This document shows, in pieces, positions 49,686 through 58,635 of a stretch of 64,000 nt of DNA. Source of the stretch: an uncultured Holophagales bacterium (GTDB taxonomy: Bacteria; Acidobacteriota; Thermoanaerobaculia; Multivoradales; UBA5704). Within the stretch, counting starts at the first letter, position 1. Each line of letters begins with the position of its first letter. The notes beneath the pieces are model-generated. The model was given only the letters and a program-made list of their open reading frames with translations, made no database searches and was not told the origin of the DNA. The stretch is from the NCBI GenBank assembly GCA_963844885.1, contig CAWJQA010000009.1, positions 78,125 to 142,124 of the forward strand. The letters are read 5' to 3'. The translations under genes and the position numbers were made by a program.

Positions 49686-51160
49686 AGCGCAGGCTCGTTT
49701 TCCTCGGAGCCCTCGCCCTCCTCCTGGCGCCGGCCCTGGCGCTCGCCCGGCCCGGCGGCGGTGAAGGCTTTTCCGGAGGCGGAGGCGACGGCGGAGGTGG
49801 TGGTGACGGCGGCGGGTTCGTCTTCCTGCTGATCCGGTTGTGGTTCGAATTCGTGATCCACTACCCGGCGATCGGCATCCCCATGACGATCGTCGGCATC
49901 CTGGTCTTCATGGCCTGGAACCGGAAGAAGGGCACGGCCGGAGCGCAGAACTGGGACCTCGCGCCGGCGGCGGCGGCGCCTCCGCAGCGTCCGCGAGCCT
50001 GCGACCTGGACCCGGTCCGCGGGCTCGATCCGGAGTTCTCGGCCGTCCTGTTCGAAGACTTCGCCTACGCCCTCTACGCCCGCGCCCACCAGGCGCGCGC
50101 CGACCGCCGGAGTCTCGACGGCCTGGCTCCTTACCTGAGCCCACCGGTCCGCGACCACCTCCAGCAACGGCCCCCGCTGGGCGTGCCGGTGACGAACGTC
50201 GTCGTGGGCTCGATGCGGGTGATCCGCCTGGCGCTTCCGGCGCAGCCGGTGGGCTGGGTCCAGGTGGTGCTCGAGATCGAGTCCAACATCACCCTGGCCA
50301 ACAGCTCGGCGCAGTACGTACGGGAGCGCTGGACCCTGGTGCGGAGCGCGTCGGCGACGAGCAAGCCGCCGGACCAGGTGAAGAGCTTCAAGTGCCCGAA
50401 GTGCGGCGCCCCCTTCGACCCCGCCGGAGCCGCGGCGGGCGACCGCTGCGGGTATTGCGGCGAGGTCGTCTCCGGCGGTCGCTTCGACTGGACCGCGCAG
50501 GCCGTCGAGCTGCTCAAGGTGGAGGCCCGGCCGCCGGCCCTGGTCAGCACGGTGCAGGAGGTGGGCACCACCTGGCCCACGGTCTACCACCCGGAGGTGC
50601 GGGCGCGCCGTGCCGAGCTGCTGCGGGACGACCCGGCCACCACGGACGAGGCGCTCGGCGCCCGCCTCGGACTGATCTACAGCCAGCTCAACTCGGCCTG
50701 GACCTCTCTCGACCTGACGCCGGCCCGCGCCTTCGTCTCGGACGGCCTCTTCGACTATCTCCAGTACTGGATCTCCGCCTACCGGAGCCAGGGCCTGCGC
50801 AACGTGCTCGAAGGGATGCGGATCACCGAGTGGACCATCGCCAAGGTCGTCCGCGACGCGCGCTACGACTCGGTCACCTGCCGGGTCTGGGGGAGCGGCC
50901 GGGATTCCACCGTGAAGCAGGCGGACAACGCGGTCGTCTCCGGCGACCCGAAGCGCGACCGGGTCTATACGGAATATTGGACCCTGATCCGCGCCGCCGG
51001 AGTCCACGCCGCGCCGCGGGCCGACCGGAGCTGCCCGAACTGCGGCGCTCCGGTCGATCAAGTGAACATGGCCGGCGAGTGTGGACACTGCGGCGCCAAG
51101 ATCACCCGCGGCGACTTCGACTGGGTCCTCTCGAAGATCGAGCAGGACGACGTGTATTGA
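49682..51160 (+). CDS. Tim44-like domain protein with Gly-rich N-terminus and two zinc-ribbon motifs
   Basis: GTG overlaps the upstream stop. Signal or anchor, a GGGGDGGGGGDGGG stretch and CPKCG...CGYCG and CPNCG...CGHCG ribbons, each followed by a Tim44-like fold segment. Confidence 0.6.
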   Translation: MKRRLVFLGALALLLAPALALARPGGGEGFSGGGGDGGGGGDGGGFVFLLIRLWFEFVIHYPAIGIPMTIVGILVFMAWNRKKGTAGAQNWDLAPAAAAPPQRPRACDLDPVRGLDPEFSAVLFEDFAYALYARAHQARADRRSLDGLAPYLSPPVRDHLQQRPPLGVPVTNVVVGSMRVIRLALPAQPVGWVQVVLEIESNITLANSSAQYVRERWTLVRSASATSKPPDQVKSFKCPKCGAPFDPAGAAAGDRCGYCGEVVSGGRFDWTAQAVELLKVEARPPALVSTVQEVGTTWPTVYHPEVRARRAELLRDDPATTDEALGARLGLIYSQLNSAWTSLDLTPARAFVSDGLFDYLQYWISAYRSQGLRNVLEGMRITEWTIAKVVRDARYDSVTCRVWGSGRDSTVKQADNAVVSGDPKRDRVYTEYWTLIRAAGVHAAPRADRSCPNCGAPVDQVNMAGECGHCGAKITRGDFDWVLSKIEQDDVY

Positions 51161-51212
51161 TCCCATCCCCCCTCTCCCCGGCCCTCTCCCCCGTGCCGGG
51201 GGAGAGGGAGAC
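51156..51212 (-). repeat. REP/MITE-like element type B, copy 2 (inverted orientation)
   Basis: ATTGATCCCATCCCCCCTCTCCCCGGCCCTCTCCCCCGTGCCGGGGGAGAGGGAG. The TGA inside its ATTGATCCC terminus is the stop codon of the 49682 gene. Confidence 0.8.
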
Positions 51213-51223
51213 CCTCCGTCGGC

Positions 51224-51562
51224 CTACCCTCCCGTTTCCAGCTCCGCCAGCGACTTGCCCTCGGCCAGCCAGTCGGTGATCCACTGCGGACGCTTGCCCC
51301 GGCCGGCCCAGGTCAGGCCGGGGTTGTCCGGGTGCCGGTACTTCGCGGAGCCGGCATCGGCGCCGGCCGCGCGCGGGGCGCGCCCGCGCTCTTTCTTCAA
51401 CAGATCCTCCAGCGACATGCCGATGCTGCCGGCGAGCTCGCGCATCTGATTGAGCACGCGCTCCTTTTCCTGTTCCCGCCGCGTGACGATCTCCTGCTCG
51501 AGCTCGCGGGCCAGGGTCTGCATCTCTTCGATTGAAAGCTTGGACAAATCGATCTTCGCCAT
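51224..51562 (-). CDS. H-NS-family nucleoid-associated protein (candidate xenogeneic silencer)
   Basis: 112 aa with AGGAGGA RBS, an N-terminal coiled coil and the C-terminal motif KYRHPDNPGLTWAGRGKRPQWI (H-NS TWxGRGxxPxW signature). Confidence 0.8.
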   Translation of the reverse strand: MAKIDLSKLSIEEMQTLARELEQEIVTRREQEKERVLNQMRELAGSIGMSLEDLLKKERGRAPRAAGADAGSAKYRHPDNPGLTWAGRGKRPQWITDWLAEGKSLAELETGG

Positions 51563-51585
51563 GAAAAAGGTCTCCTCCTGAAAGT

Positions 51586-52584
51586 TCAACAGGGGGGAAG
51601 TATACCGAGGAGTTCCGTGCGTTCCTCGGGTGTCAGGAAAGCGGCGGCCACCGCGTTCTCCTGGAGCCGCCGCAGGTCGGCCTCGCCGAGGCCCAGCTCC
51701 TCCGCCGCGACGCGGTACTCGTGGGCGAGGTCGATGCCGCTGATGCTCGGGTCGTCCGTGCTCAGGGTGACGGCGATGCCGCGCGCGAGCAGCGCGGGGA
51801 GCGGATGCGACGCCATGTCCGGCACGGTGCTCGTCTGGACGTTGCTGGTCGGGCAGACCTCCAGCGGGATGCCTCTCTCGAGCAGCAGGTCGAGCACCGC
51901 GGGGTCCTCGACGGACCGGATGCCGTGGCCGATGCGCTCCGCTCCCAGGCCGAGCACCGCCTGCCGGACGCTCTCCGGCCCGGCCGCCTCTCCGGCGTGA
52001 GCGATCAAATGGAGCCCGGCCTCCCGCGCCTTCCGGAAGTGGTCCACGAACAGCTCTCCCGGGAAGCCCGCCTCGTCGCCGGCCAGGTCGAGCGCCACGA
52101 TCCCCCGGCCGCGCAGCCGGATCGCGGCGTCGAGCTCGCCCCAGGCCAGCTCCGGACCATAGTGGCGGGAGATGATCCCGATCAGCTTCGCCTTGACCGG
52201 CAGGCCGCCGGCCTCTTCCAGACCGTCGCAGGCGGCCTCGGCCACGCCCAGCACGTCGAGCCCGTAGCGCTCGGCCATGAAGCGCGGGCTGAAGCGCAGC
52301 TCGATGCAGTCGATCCCCTCCCGCGCCGCGTCCTCTACGTTCTCCCGGACGATCCGCCGCACCGCGTCGTAGTCCACCATGACGCGGCAGAGCACCTCGA
52401 AGCGGGCGAGAAAGGCCGCCAGGCTCGGCTCGCGCTCGACGACCTGGACGTACGGACGGAGCTCCTCCAGCGTCCGGGCCGGGAGATCGACGCCGTGCTT
52501 CCGGCCGAGGTCCAGGACGGTTTCGAGACGGACGTTGCCGTCGAGGTGGCGGTGCAGCTCGACCAGGGGGTAGCCGTTGCGCAT
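51586..52584 (-). CDS. add: Adenosine deaminase
   Basis: ELHRHLDG, HAGE and LSTDDP motifs. 332 aa, the canonical housekeeping size. Confidence 0.9.
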   Translation of the reverse strand: MRNGYPLVELHRHLDGNVRLETVLDLGRKHGVDLPARTLEELRPYVQVVEREPSLAAFLARFEVLCRVMVDYDAVRRIVRENVEDAAREGIDCIELRFSPRFMAERYGLDVLGVAEAACDGLEEAGGLPVKAKLIGIISRHYGPELAWGELDAAIRLRGRGIVALDLAGDEAGFPGELFVDHFRKAREAGLHLIAHAGEAAGPESVRQAVLGLGAERIGHGIRSVEDPAVLDLLLERGIPLEVCPTSNVQTSTVPDMASHPLPALLARGIAVTLSTDDPSISGIDLAHEYRVAAEELGLGEADLRRLQENAVAAAFLTPEERTELLGILPPC

Positions 52585-52644
52585 GGCGGGATCTTACGTT
52601 TTTCAAGGCAGTGTTACTATCCGGCTCGCGTGCCGGAGAGCCCA

Positions 52645-53802
52645 ATGGAAGAGCCCACCCCTTTTTTGAGCGAGGTGCAGTTGGCGCACTTCAAGGCGGC
52701 GTTCGAGCCGGCTCCCATCCACCTCCGGCCGTTCAATGTCGTCATCGGCCGCAACGGGAGCGGCAAGAGCACCCTCCTGGAGGCTCTGCAGTGGCTCGAT
52801 ACCACTCTCCGCCGGGATGCCCGCGAGGCGTGTGACCGGTATTTCGGCATTCGGGACCTCATCAACCTTCGTGCCGATGCGGCCGTCCCTCACTTTGCTC
52901 TTACGTTGACCTGGGCCGCGCGGGAACCCTTGCGCTACAGGGTCGAGGTCGAGGGGGAGCAAGGCACTCCGGTCATCACCAAGGAAGAGCTGTTCACCGT
53001 GGGCCTGGATGGAGACCCCAGGGACTACCTGCTCGGGACGCGCGGCCGGGGAGAGCGGGTCGCGCTCGGCTCGGGGATCGCGGTCCGGGAGCCGGACCGT
53101 CTCGCACTGGCCGTGCTGGGCTCCGGTCAACTCGGAGACCTGGCTTCGACGTTGGAGGAGTTCTGGTCCCGGGCGGTCTTTCTGCGGCTGAGCCCGAACC
53201 GGCTGGCCCAAGGCTCCCTCGCCACCCGCAAGTCGTTCGAGCCGCTGCTGGACGAGGAAGGGCAGACCCTCCCGGCGCTGCTCAACGAGCTCACTCCGGA
53301 GCAGCGGATCGACCTGGTTCATGCGATCCAGGAGGTTCTGCCGGGGATCCAGGACGTCCGGGTCTCAAGGGCGGAGAGGGACGCACGGGTCCACTATGAG
53401 CTGTTGGAAAGAATGTCCTACCAGGGTAGGGATGGGGGCAACACCTTCCCGATCCCGTCCTGGATGCTGTCGGAAGGGACCCGGAGAATCACCGCCATCC
53501 TGGCCTTGCTGGTGCGTGAGCCGGCCCCCTCCCTCCTCTGTATCGAGGAGATCGAGAACGGCCTGGACCCCTGGACCGTCCGCGAGATCCTCCGCCACCT
53601 CCAGTCAGCGGCCGACCGGACCCAAGTCATCCTCACCACCCACTCGCCCTGGGTGCTGGACGACGTGCCGATGGACTCGATCCTCCAGGTCCGCCGTGTC
53701 GAGGGGGACACCCGGTACGAGCACTTCGCCAGCCGGCCGGAGGTGCAGGCCTACGATCCATCCGTGCCCGCCGGAACCCGGTACGTCAACGAGGCCGAGT
53801 GA
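52645..53802 (+). CDS. ABC-type (AAA_21/AAA_15-like, SMC/RecF-fold) ATPase
   Basis: Walker A GRNGSGKST, signature-like LSEGTRR, Walker B SLLCIEEIENGLDP and His-loop LTTHSP. About 385 aa. The longer track ORF upstream is antisense to add. Confidence 0.85.
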   Translation: MEEPTPFLSEVQLAHFKAAFEPAPIHLRPFNVVIGRNGSGKSTLLEALQWLDTTLRRDAREACDRYFGIRDLINLRADAAVPHFALTLTWAAREPLRYRVEVEGEQGTPVITKEELFTVGLDGDPRDYLLGTRGRGERVALGSGIAVREPDRLALAVLGSGQLGDLASTLEEFWSRAVFLRLSPNRLAQGSLATRKSFEPLLDEEGQTLPALLNELTPEQRIDLVHAIQEVLPGIQDVRVSRAERDARVHYELLERMSYQGRDGGNTFPIPSWMLSEGTRRITAILALLVREPAPSLLCIEEIENGLDPWTVREILRHLQSAADRTQVILTTHSPWVLDDVPMDSILQVRRVEGDTRYEHFASRPEVQAYDPSVPAGTRYVNEAE

Positions 53803-54620
53803 TGCCCGGCCTGAAGGTGGCGCTCTTCGTCGAAGGGAGCACTGCGCCTCTCCCGAAGCACAAGCAGGAGCCGCTTGCCGGAATCTGGAACAACTGCTTC
53901 GCAGAAGCCCTGGGCCTCCACCGGTTCGATCCCATCGTCCCGATCAGCAAGACCCATCTGGTCGCCATGGACCCCGACAATCCCCCGATGAGCGGAGCGG
54001 GGGAAGCTCTGGATGTCCTGATTGCCAGAATGCTCAGGCTTCGCTCCTTTGACGTCGCCGTCGTGGCCTGGGACCTGGTGCCGGCCTGGAACCCGGAAGG
54101 CTCGTTCTGCAGGTGGGAGGAGACGCTGAAGCTCTACCGGTTCCTCGCCGGATCGAAGGTTCTGCCGGAGGACTGGAAGGAGCAGGCGTCAAGGCGCCAT
54201 CAAGAGATGTCCCGGCGCAGAGCTCCTGGCGACCGGCGGCAACCGTTGGTACCTCTGCCGGGGATGGTTCTTCCGGTCTGCATGGAACCGATGTTCGAGT
54301 CGGTCCTTGTCCAGGACGAGTCCGCGGCCAGGCGGGCTTTCGGCATCCAGGGCCGGAACGTTCCGGATTGGCCGGGCCAGGGTTGGGGAGACCTGCGCGA
54401 GAGGCGGCCCGACGAGAACATCCTCGCCCCCGCGATCCGGGCGATATCCCGGGTAAGGCCGAAGCTTCAGGCTCACCGGCTCATCGGTGGCGACCTGAAG
54501 ACGAAGAAGAACGAGTGGGGAGAGTACCTTCTCAAGAGGATGCTGAGCGACGAGCACGCCCGGCCCAAGGTTCTGGACCACCCGCTTTCAAAACGCCTTG
54601 CGGAGCTTGTAGGACAGTAG
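53802..54620 (+). CDS. DUF4276-like protein (putative Toprim/OLD-style effector partner of the ATPase)
   Basis: ATG overlaps the ATPase stop (GTGATG). N-terminal hydrophobic strand plus EG motif (VALFVEGST), a distal acidic strand (VAVVAWDLV) and MEPMFESVLVQD, which resembles the HEFEALL-type motif of DUF4276. Confidence 0.6.
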   Translation: MPGLKVALFVEGSTAPLPKHKQEPLAGIWNNCFAEALGLHRFDPIVPISKTHLVAMDPDNPPMSGAGEALDVLIARMLRLRSFDVAVVAWDLVPAWNPEGSFCRWEETLKLYRFLAGSKVLPEDWKEQASRRHQEMSRRRAPGDRRQPLVPLPGMVLPVCMEPMFESVLVQDESAARRAFGIQGRNVPDWPGQGWGDLRERRPDENILAPAIRAISRVRPKLQAHRLIGGDLKTKKNEWGEYLLKRMLSDEHARPKVLDHPLSKRLAELVGQ

Positions 54621-54668
54621 TACCTGCGTGCGTGCCGCAGGGGAGATGGTCATCCGGAGCGCCCGCAA

Positions 54669-54936
54669 GCCAAAATCTCAGGGGATGGCCCTGGGGTCTG
54701 AGATTTCGAGCCAAAATCTCAGGGGATGGCCTTGGGGTCTGAGATTTTGAGCCGAAATCTCAGGGGACGGCCCTGGGGTCTGAGATTTCGAGCCGAAATC
54801 TCAGGGGACGGCCCCGGGGTCTGAGATTTTGAGCCGAAATCTCAGGGGATGACCTCGGGGTCTGAGATTTTGAGCTGAAATCTCAGGGGATGACCTCGGG
54901 GTCTGAGATTTTGAGCCCATCCCCTGAGATTTTGGC
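54669..54936 (+). repeat. Six tandem 41-bp units, each a hairpin, plus an inverted partial seventh
   Basis: Units begin at 54669, 54710, 54751, 54792, 54833 and 54874. The consensus is GCCRAAATCTCAGGGGAYGRCCYYGGGGTCTGAGATTTYGA, with a 9-bp stem AAATCTCAG/CTGAGATTT. There are no spacers. Confidence 0.95.
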
Positions 54937-54980
54937 TTGTGTACACAGAGGATGGAGCCGGGGGGCGATATGCTACGCCC

Positions 54981-56006
54981 ATGCGACTGACCGAGCTCTT
55001 CAAGAAGCGCCCCGCCCCGCCGTCCGGCCCGCTCACGGGCACCGGGCTGCTGGCGAGCGATCTCTGGGTGGATCAGCCGGATGCCCACGAGCGGATCGAT
55101 GCCCTGGCCCGCAAGGGGGAGATCGGCGCGGAGATGGCCGAGAACCTCCGCGGCTTCGTGGACCGCGGCTATCTCAAGCTCTCCTCGGGTCTCACCCAGA
55201 GCCTCTGCGACCGTCTCCAGGAGGACGTGGAGCGGGCCTGGAAGGAGAAGCCGGCGGATCTGGCCTGGGCGCGGCTGGGTGCGATGCGCTCCTTCGCCCT
55301 GGCCGACGAGGCGGTGGAGCGCAAGCCGTCCTACCGCATCGCCGACTTCCACTCCCACAGCGAGGCGGCGCTGGAGGTCTATCTCAGCCGGGCCATCTTC
55401 GACTACGTCGAGCGTCTCCTGGGCCGGCCGGCGGTGGCGACCCAGTCGCTCTACTTCGAATTCGGCAGCCAGCAGGGGCTCCACCGCGACCCGGTCTTCG
55501 TCCAGACGAAACCGCCGAGCCATCTCGTGGCCGCCTGGGTCGCTCTGGAGGACATCGGGCCGAAGTGCGGTCCCCTGATGTACGTGCCGGGATCGCACCG
55601 GCTCCCGTACTACCAGTTCGAGCCCGGTCAGTTCCTCTTCGACCACTCCCGCCACGGCGAGAGGGAAGCCCAGGCCATGGCGGAGTTCGACCGCCGCCAG
55701 GCCGGGGAGCACGGTCTGCCAACCGAGACCTTCACCTGCAAGCGGGGCGACGTGCTGATCTGGCACCACTCCCTGCTGCACGGCGGCACGATGGTGGAGG
55801 ACCCGTCCAGCACCCGGCACAGCTTCGTGGTCCACTACTCCAGCCGGGACCATTACAAGATCCGCCGGCAGAAAATCGTGGAGCTGATCCCGGGTCCCGA
55901 CGGCCAGCCCGTGGAGCGTCCGCGAATCTTCGAGACCGAAACCGTCCTCCTCCGGGACGGCTGCCACGGGTTCGACAATCCGTTGCGCGGCTACGAGCCG
56001 GACTGA
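54981..56006 (+). CDS. Phytanoyl-CoA dioxygenase (PhyH) family Fe(II)/2-oxoglutarate oxygenase
   Basis: HRD facial-triad motif (GLHRDP), a distal His (WHHSLLHGG) and VPGSH. Confidence 0.8.
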   Translation: MRLTELFKKRPAPPSGPLTGTGLLASDLWVDQPDAHERIDALARKGEIGAEMAENLRGFVDRGYLKLSSGLTQSLCDRLQEDVERAWKEKPADLAWARLGAMRSFALADEAVERKPSYRIADFHSHSEAALEVYLSRAIFDYVERLLGRPAVATQSLYFEFGSQQGLHRDPVFVQTKPPSHLVAAWVALEDIGPKCGPLMYVPGSHRLPYYQFEPGQFLFDHSRHGEREAQAMAEFDRRQAGEHGLPTETFTCKRGDVLIWHHSLLHGGTMVEDPSSTRHSFVVHYSSRDHYKIRRQKIVELIPGPDGQPVERPRIFETETVLLRDGCHGFDNPLRGYEPD

Positions 56007-56329
56007 AACGCCAAGCGGCTGAGGACGACATCCTCGAGATTTCGGCGACCGTCGAAGACTCCAATCACGAAGACCTTCTGCGCTTCGATTCGGAACATCA
56101 GCCGGTAGGGAGGGAGAATCAACTCGCGGTAACTCTCGACCTCGAACCGAGCCAGCTCCGGAATCACTCGACCCCGCAAAGGGAAGGTTTCGAGGGCTCT
56201 GGAGTGCTCGACGATCCGGTCGAACAGCTTACCAGCAGCCATTGGCGCCTCCCGTTCGACGAAGTCGACGATCTCTTCGAGATCGCGGATGGCGACTTCG
56301 GCCCAGACCACCTCAAAGCGGGAGCTCAT
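55991..56329 (-). CDS. ParE/RelE-family toxin
   Basis: 112 aa. W-x-A-x-DL-x-I N-terminus, YRLMFRIE and VFVIGVFDGRR, typical of ParE. It overlaps the antitoxin by 4 nt. Confidence 0.85.
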   Translation of the reverse strand: MSSRFEVVWAEVAIRDLEEIVDFVEREAPMAAGKLFDRIVEHSRALETFPLRGRVIPELARFEVESYRELILPPYRLMFRIEAQKVFVIGVFDGRRNLEDVVLSRLAFQSGS

Positions 56330-56601
56330 CCCTGGCGCAGGCGGGACCGGACGCGGGCGAAGGCTTCCTCCTGCGGAAGAGCACGGCCGGCTCGGATGTC
56401 GGCTTCTCCCTGGGCGGCGAACTGAAGCAGCAGGACCGCATCCCTCAGAGCCTGATAGCTGTCTACATCGAGGAGCACCGCTTTCGCCTCCCCTTCCTCG
56501 GTGATGACGACAGGCCGGCGGGATTCAGTCACCTGCTTCAGGAGATCCCCAGCGCGGGTCTCCAGATAGGCAAGGGACTTGATATCTTCCTTCAGGCGCA
56601 T
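56326..56601 (-). CDS. Phd/YefM-type antitoxin of the ParE module
   Basis: ATG at 56601. SRRPVVITEEGEAKAVLLDVDSY antitoxin motif. 91 aa. Confidence 0.8.
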   Translation of the reverse strand: MRLKEDIKSLAYLETRAGDLLKQVTESRRPVVITEEGEAKAVLLDVDSYQALRDAVLLLQFAAQGEADIRAGRALPQEEAFARVRSRLRQG

Positions 56602-56654
56602 TGCATCTCCCAGATCCACAAGAAGATACCACAGTCGAAGCCGCGCCGGGTAGA

Positions 56655-57374
56655 TCAGCCCCGAGGTCCGCGGCCGATGAAGATCGCGGCGAGGCTGCCG
56701 GCGTCGCCGAGTTGGGCGGGAGAGATCTCCTCGGTCTTGAAGTCCTCCACCTGGAACCGGGACGGCGCGGGGCTGGACAGGTCGAGGCCGGCCGGCGGGG
56801 TCAGGCGGTAGAGGCGGATCTCCTGGAAGCGCTTGCGGAAGAGCGACTCCCAGTCCCAAAGATAGAGGTTGGAGCGGTGAAGGCCGCTCGCCTTGTGCGC
56901 CTCCATGGTCCCTTCATCCACGATCGGGGGGACCGAGGCGACCAGCGCGCCCTCCGGAGTCAGCCGCCGCACGGCGGCGTCGAGCGCGGCTTTCGGAGAG
57001 TCCAGGTGGGGGAGGACGTTGGCGGCCACGATCAGGCCGAAGAGGCCCAGGTCGGCCGGCAGGGACTCGGCCGTGCCGGTGACGAAACGGACGTCGGGAA
57101 AGTGCTTTCGGCCGTAGGCGAGGCTGCGCTCGTCCGGGTCGATCCCGACCACCTCACCCTCCTCGGCCAGGCGGTCGGAGCCGTAGCCGGTGCCACAGCC
57201 CAGGTCGAGCACCCGCACGTCCTTGGCAAGCCCGGCCGCAAACTCGTATACCGCCAGATGAGCCAGGAAAAGATCGTTCCCGACCTCCGGCGACACCGGG
57301 CCGCCCCGCGCCGGCAATCCGGCGAGCCAGCGGTGGAAGGCGTTCAGGGCTTTGTAGAGGTCGGGGAGAGCCAT
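56655..57374 (-). CDS. Class I SAM-dependent methyltransferase
   Basis: VLDLGCGTGYGS motif I and a downstream acidic motif II. Confidence 0.85.
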   Translation of the reverse strand: MALPDLYKALNAFHRWLAGLPARGGPVSPEVGNDLFLAHLAVYEFAAGLAKDVRVLDLGCGTGYGSDRLAEEGEVVGIDPDERSLAYGRKHFPDVRFVTGTAESLPADLGLFGLIVAANVLPHLDSPKAALDAAVRRLTPEGALVASVPPIVDEGTMEAHKASGLHRSNLYLWDWESLFRKRFQEIRLYRLTPPAGLDLSSPAPSRFQVEDFKTEEISPAQLGDAGSLAAIFIGRGPRG

Positions 57375-57451
57375 CTTCAGCCGCGGAAGCTACCACGCCT
57401 TGGGGAATTCCCCACCCCCGCGCCCCGTTTTTCCGAGTGGAGTACCCTGCC

Positions 57452-58549
57452 ATGCAGCCTTTTTCCGACACCGTTCCCACCAAGTACTGGCACGCCCTCG
57501 ACAACGGGCGGGTCCAGTGCGACGTCTGCCCCCGGTTCTGCAAGCTGCTGGAGGGACAGCGCGGGCTCTGCTTCGTGCGCGCCCGGGAGAACGACCAGAT
57601 CGTGCTCAAGACCTGGGGTCGGTCGAGCGGCTTCTGCGTCGATCCGATCGAAAAGAAGCCCCTGAACCACTTCCTCCCCGGGACGCCGGTCCTCTCCTTC
57701 GGCACGGCCGGCTGCAACCTGGCCTGCAAGTTCTGCCAGAACTGGGACATCAGTAAGTCCCGCGATACCGACACCCTCGCCGACCGGGCCACCCCCGGGG
57801 TCATCGCCGAGGCCGCCGAACGGCTCGGCTGCAAGAGCGTGGCGTTCACCTACAACGACCCGGTCGTCTTCATGGAGTACGCCGTCGACGTGGCCCAGGC
57901 CTGCCACGAGCGGGGGATCAAGAGCGTAGCCGTCACCGCCGGTGAGATCTGCGCCGAGCCGCGGGCGGAATTCTACCGCCACATGGACGCCGCCAACGTC
58001 GACCTCAAGGCCTTCACCGAGCGCTTCTACCGCAAGATCTGCGGCGGCTCCCTGGAGGCGGTCAAGGAGACGCTGGTCTACCTCAAGCACGAGACCGACG
58101 TCTGGTTCGAGCTGACCACCCTCCTCATCCCCGGCGAGAACGACTCCAGCGCGGAGATCGACGAGATGACCCGCTGGGTCGTCGACAAGCTGGGACCGGA
58201 CGTGCCCATGCACTTCACCGCCTTCCATCCGGACTGGAAGATGATGGAGTACCCGCCGACCCCGGCGTCCACGCTCACCCGGGCGCGGCAGATCGCCATG
58301 GCGAACGGCGTCCGCTACGCCTACACCGGCAACGTCCGCGACGAGGAAGGCGGGACCACCTTCTGCCACGCCTGCGGCGAGGCGCTCATCGGCCGCGACG
58401 GGTACGTGCTGACCGGGTGGAACCTGACCGAGGACGGGTGTTGCGCCTCCTGCGGTACCCTTTGCGCCGGCCGTTTCGAAGGCCAGCCCGGCCACTGGGG
58501 CGCCCGGCGGCTGCCGGTCCGGTTGCAGAGCTTCATGCCGGCTTCCTGA
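57452..58549 (+). CDS. AmmeMemoRadiSam-system radical SAM enzyme (PFL-activase-like)
   Basis: N-terminal Cys cluster (CDVCPRFC), the radical-SAM motif CNLACKFCQNW and a C-terminal CHACG...CASCG. Confidence 0.85.
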   Translation: MQPFSDTVPTKYWHALDNGRVQCDVCPRFCKLLEGQRGLCFVRARENDQIVLKTWGRSSGFCVDPIEKKPLNHFLPGTPVLSFGTAGCNLACKFCQNWDISKSRDTDTLADRATPGVIAEAAERLGCKSVAFTYNDPVVFMEYAVDVAQACHERGIKSVAVTAGEICAEPRAEFYRHMDAANVDLKAFTERFYRKICGGSLEAVKETLVYLKHETDVWFELTTLLIPGENDSSAEIDEMTRWVVDKLGPDVPMHFTAFHPDWKMMEYPPTPASTLTRARQIAMANGVRYAYTGNVRDEEGGTTFCHACGEALIGRDGYVLTGWNLTEDGCCASCGTLCAGRFEGQPGHWGARRLPVRLQSFMPAS

Positions 58550-58635
58550 GCTTCCTGACGGCGCCGTGAACCTGCCGCCGGTTTCTTCGTAGACTCCTGG
58601 GGGCGGCCTGCCGCCGTTCCGAGAAAGGAGCTTTC

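Noticed and set aside
51586-53802. Adenosine deaminase plus adjacent ATPase as a RADAR-like (RdrA/RdrB) system
   Set aside because: The deaminase is a canonical 332-aa housekeeping Add on the opposite strand, with standard motifs. The ATPase is a ~385-aa ABC type, not the large RdrA. The juxtaposition is probably coincidental.
54669-54936. The 41-bp hairpin array as a CRISPR array
   Set aside because: The units abut one another with no unique spacers. It is a plain tandem repeat of a hairpin.
56655-58549. A complete AmmeMemoRadiSam three-gene system
   Set aside because: Only the radical SAM member is present. The divergent neighbour is an ordinary class I methyltransferase, and no AMMECR1 or Memo-like genes are adjacent.
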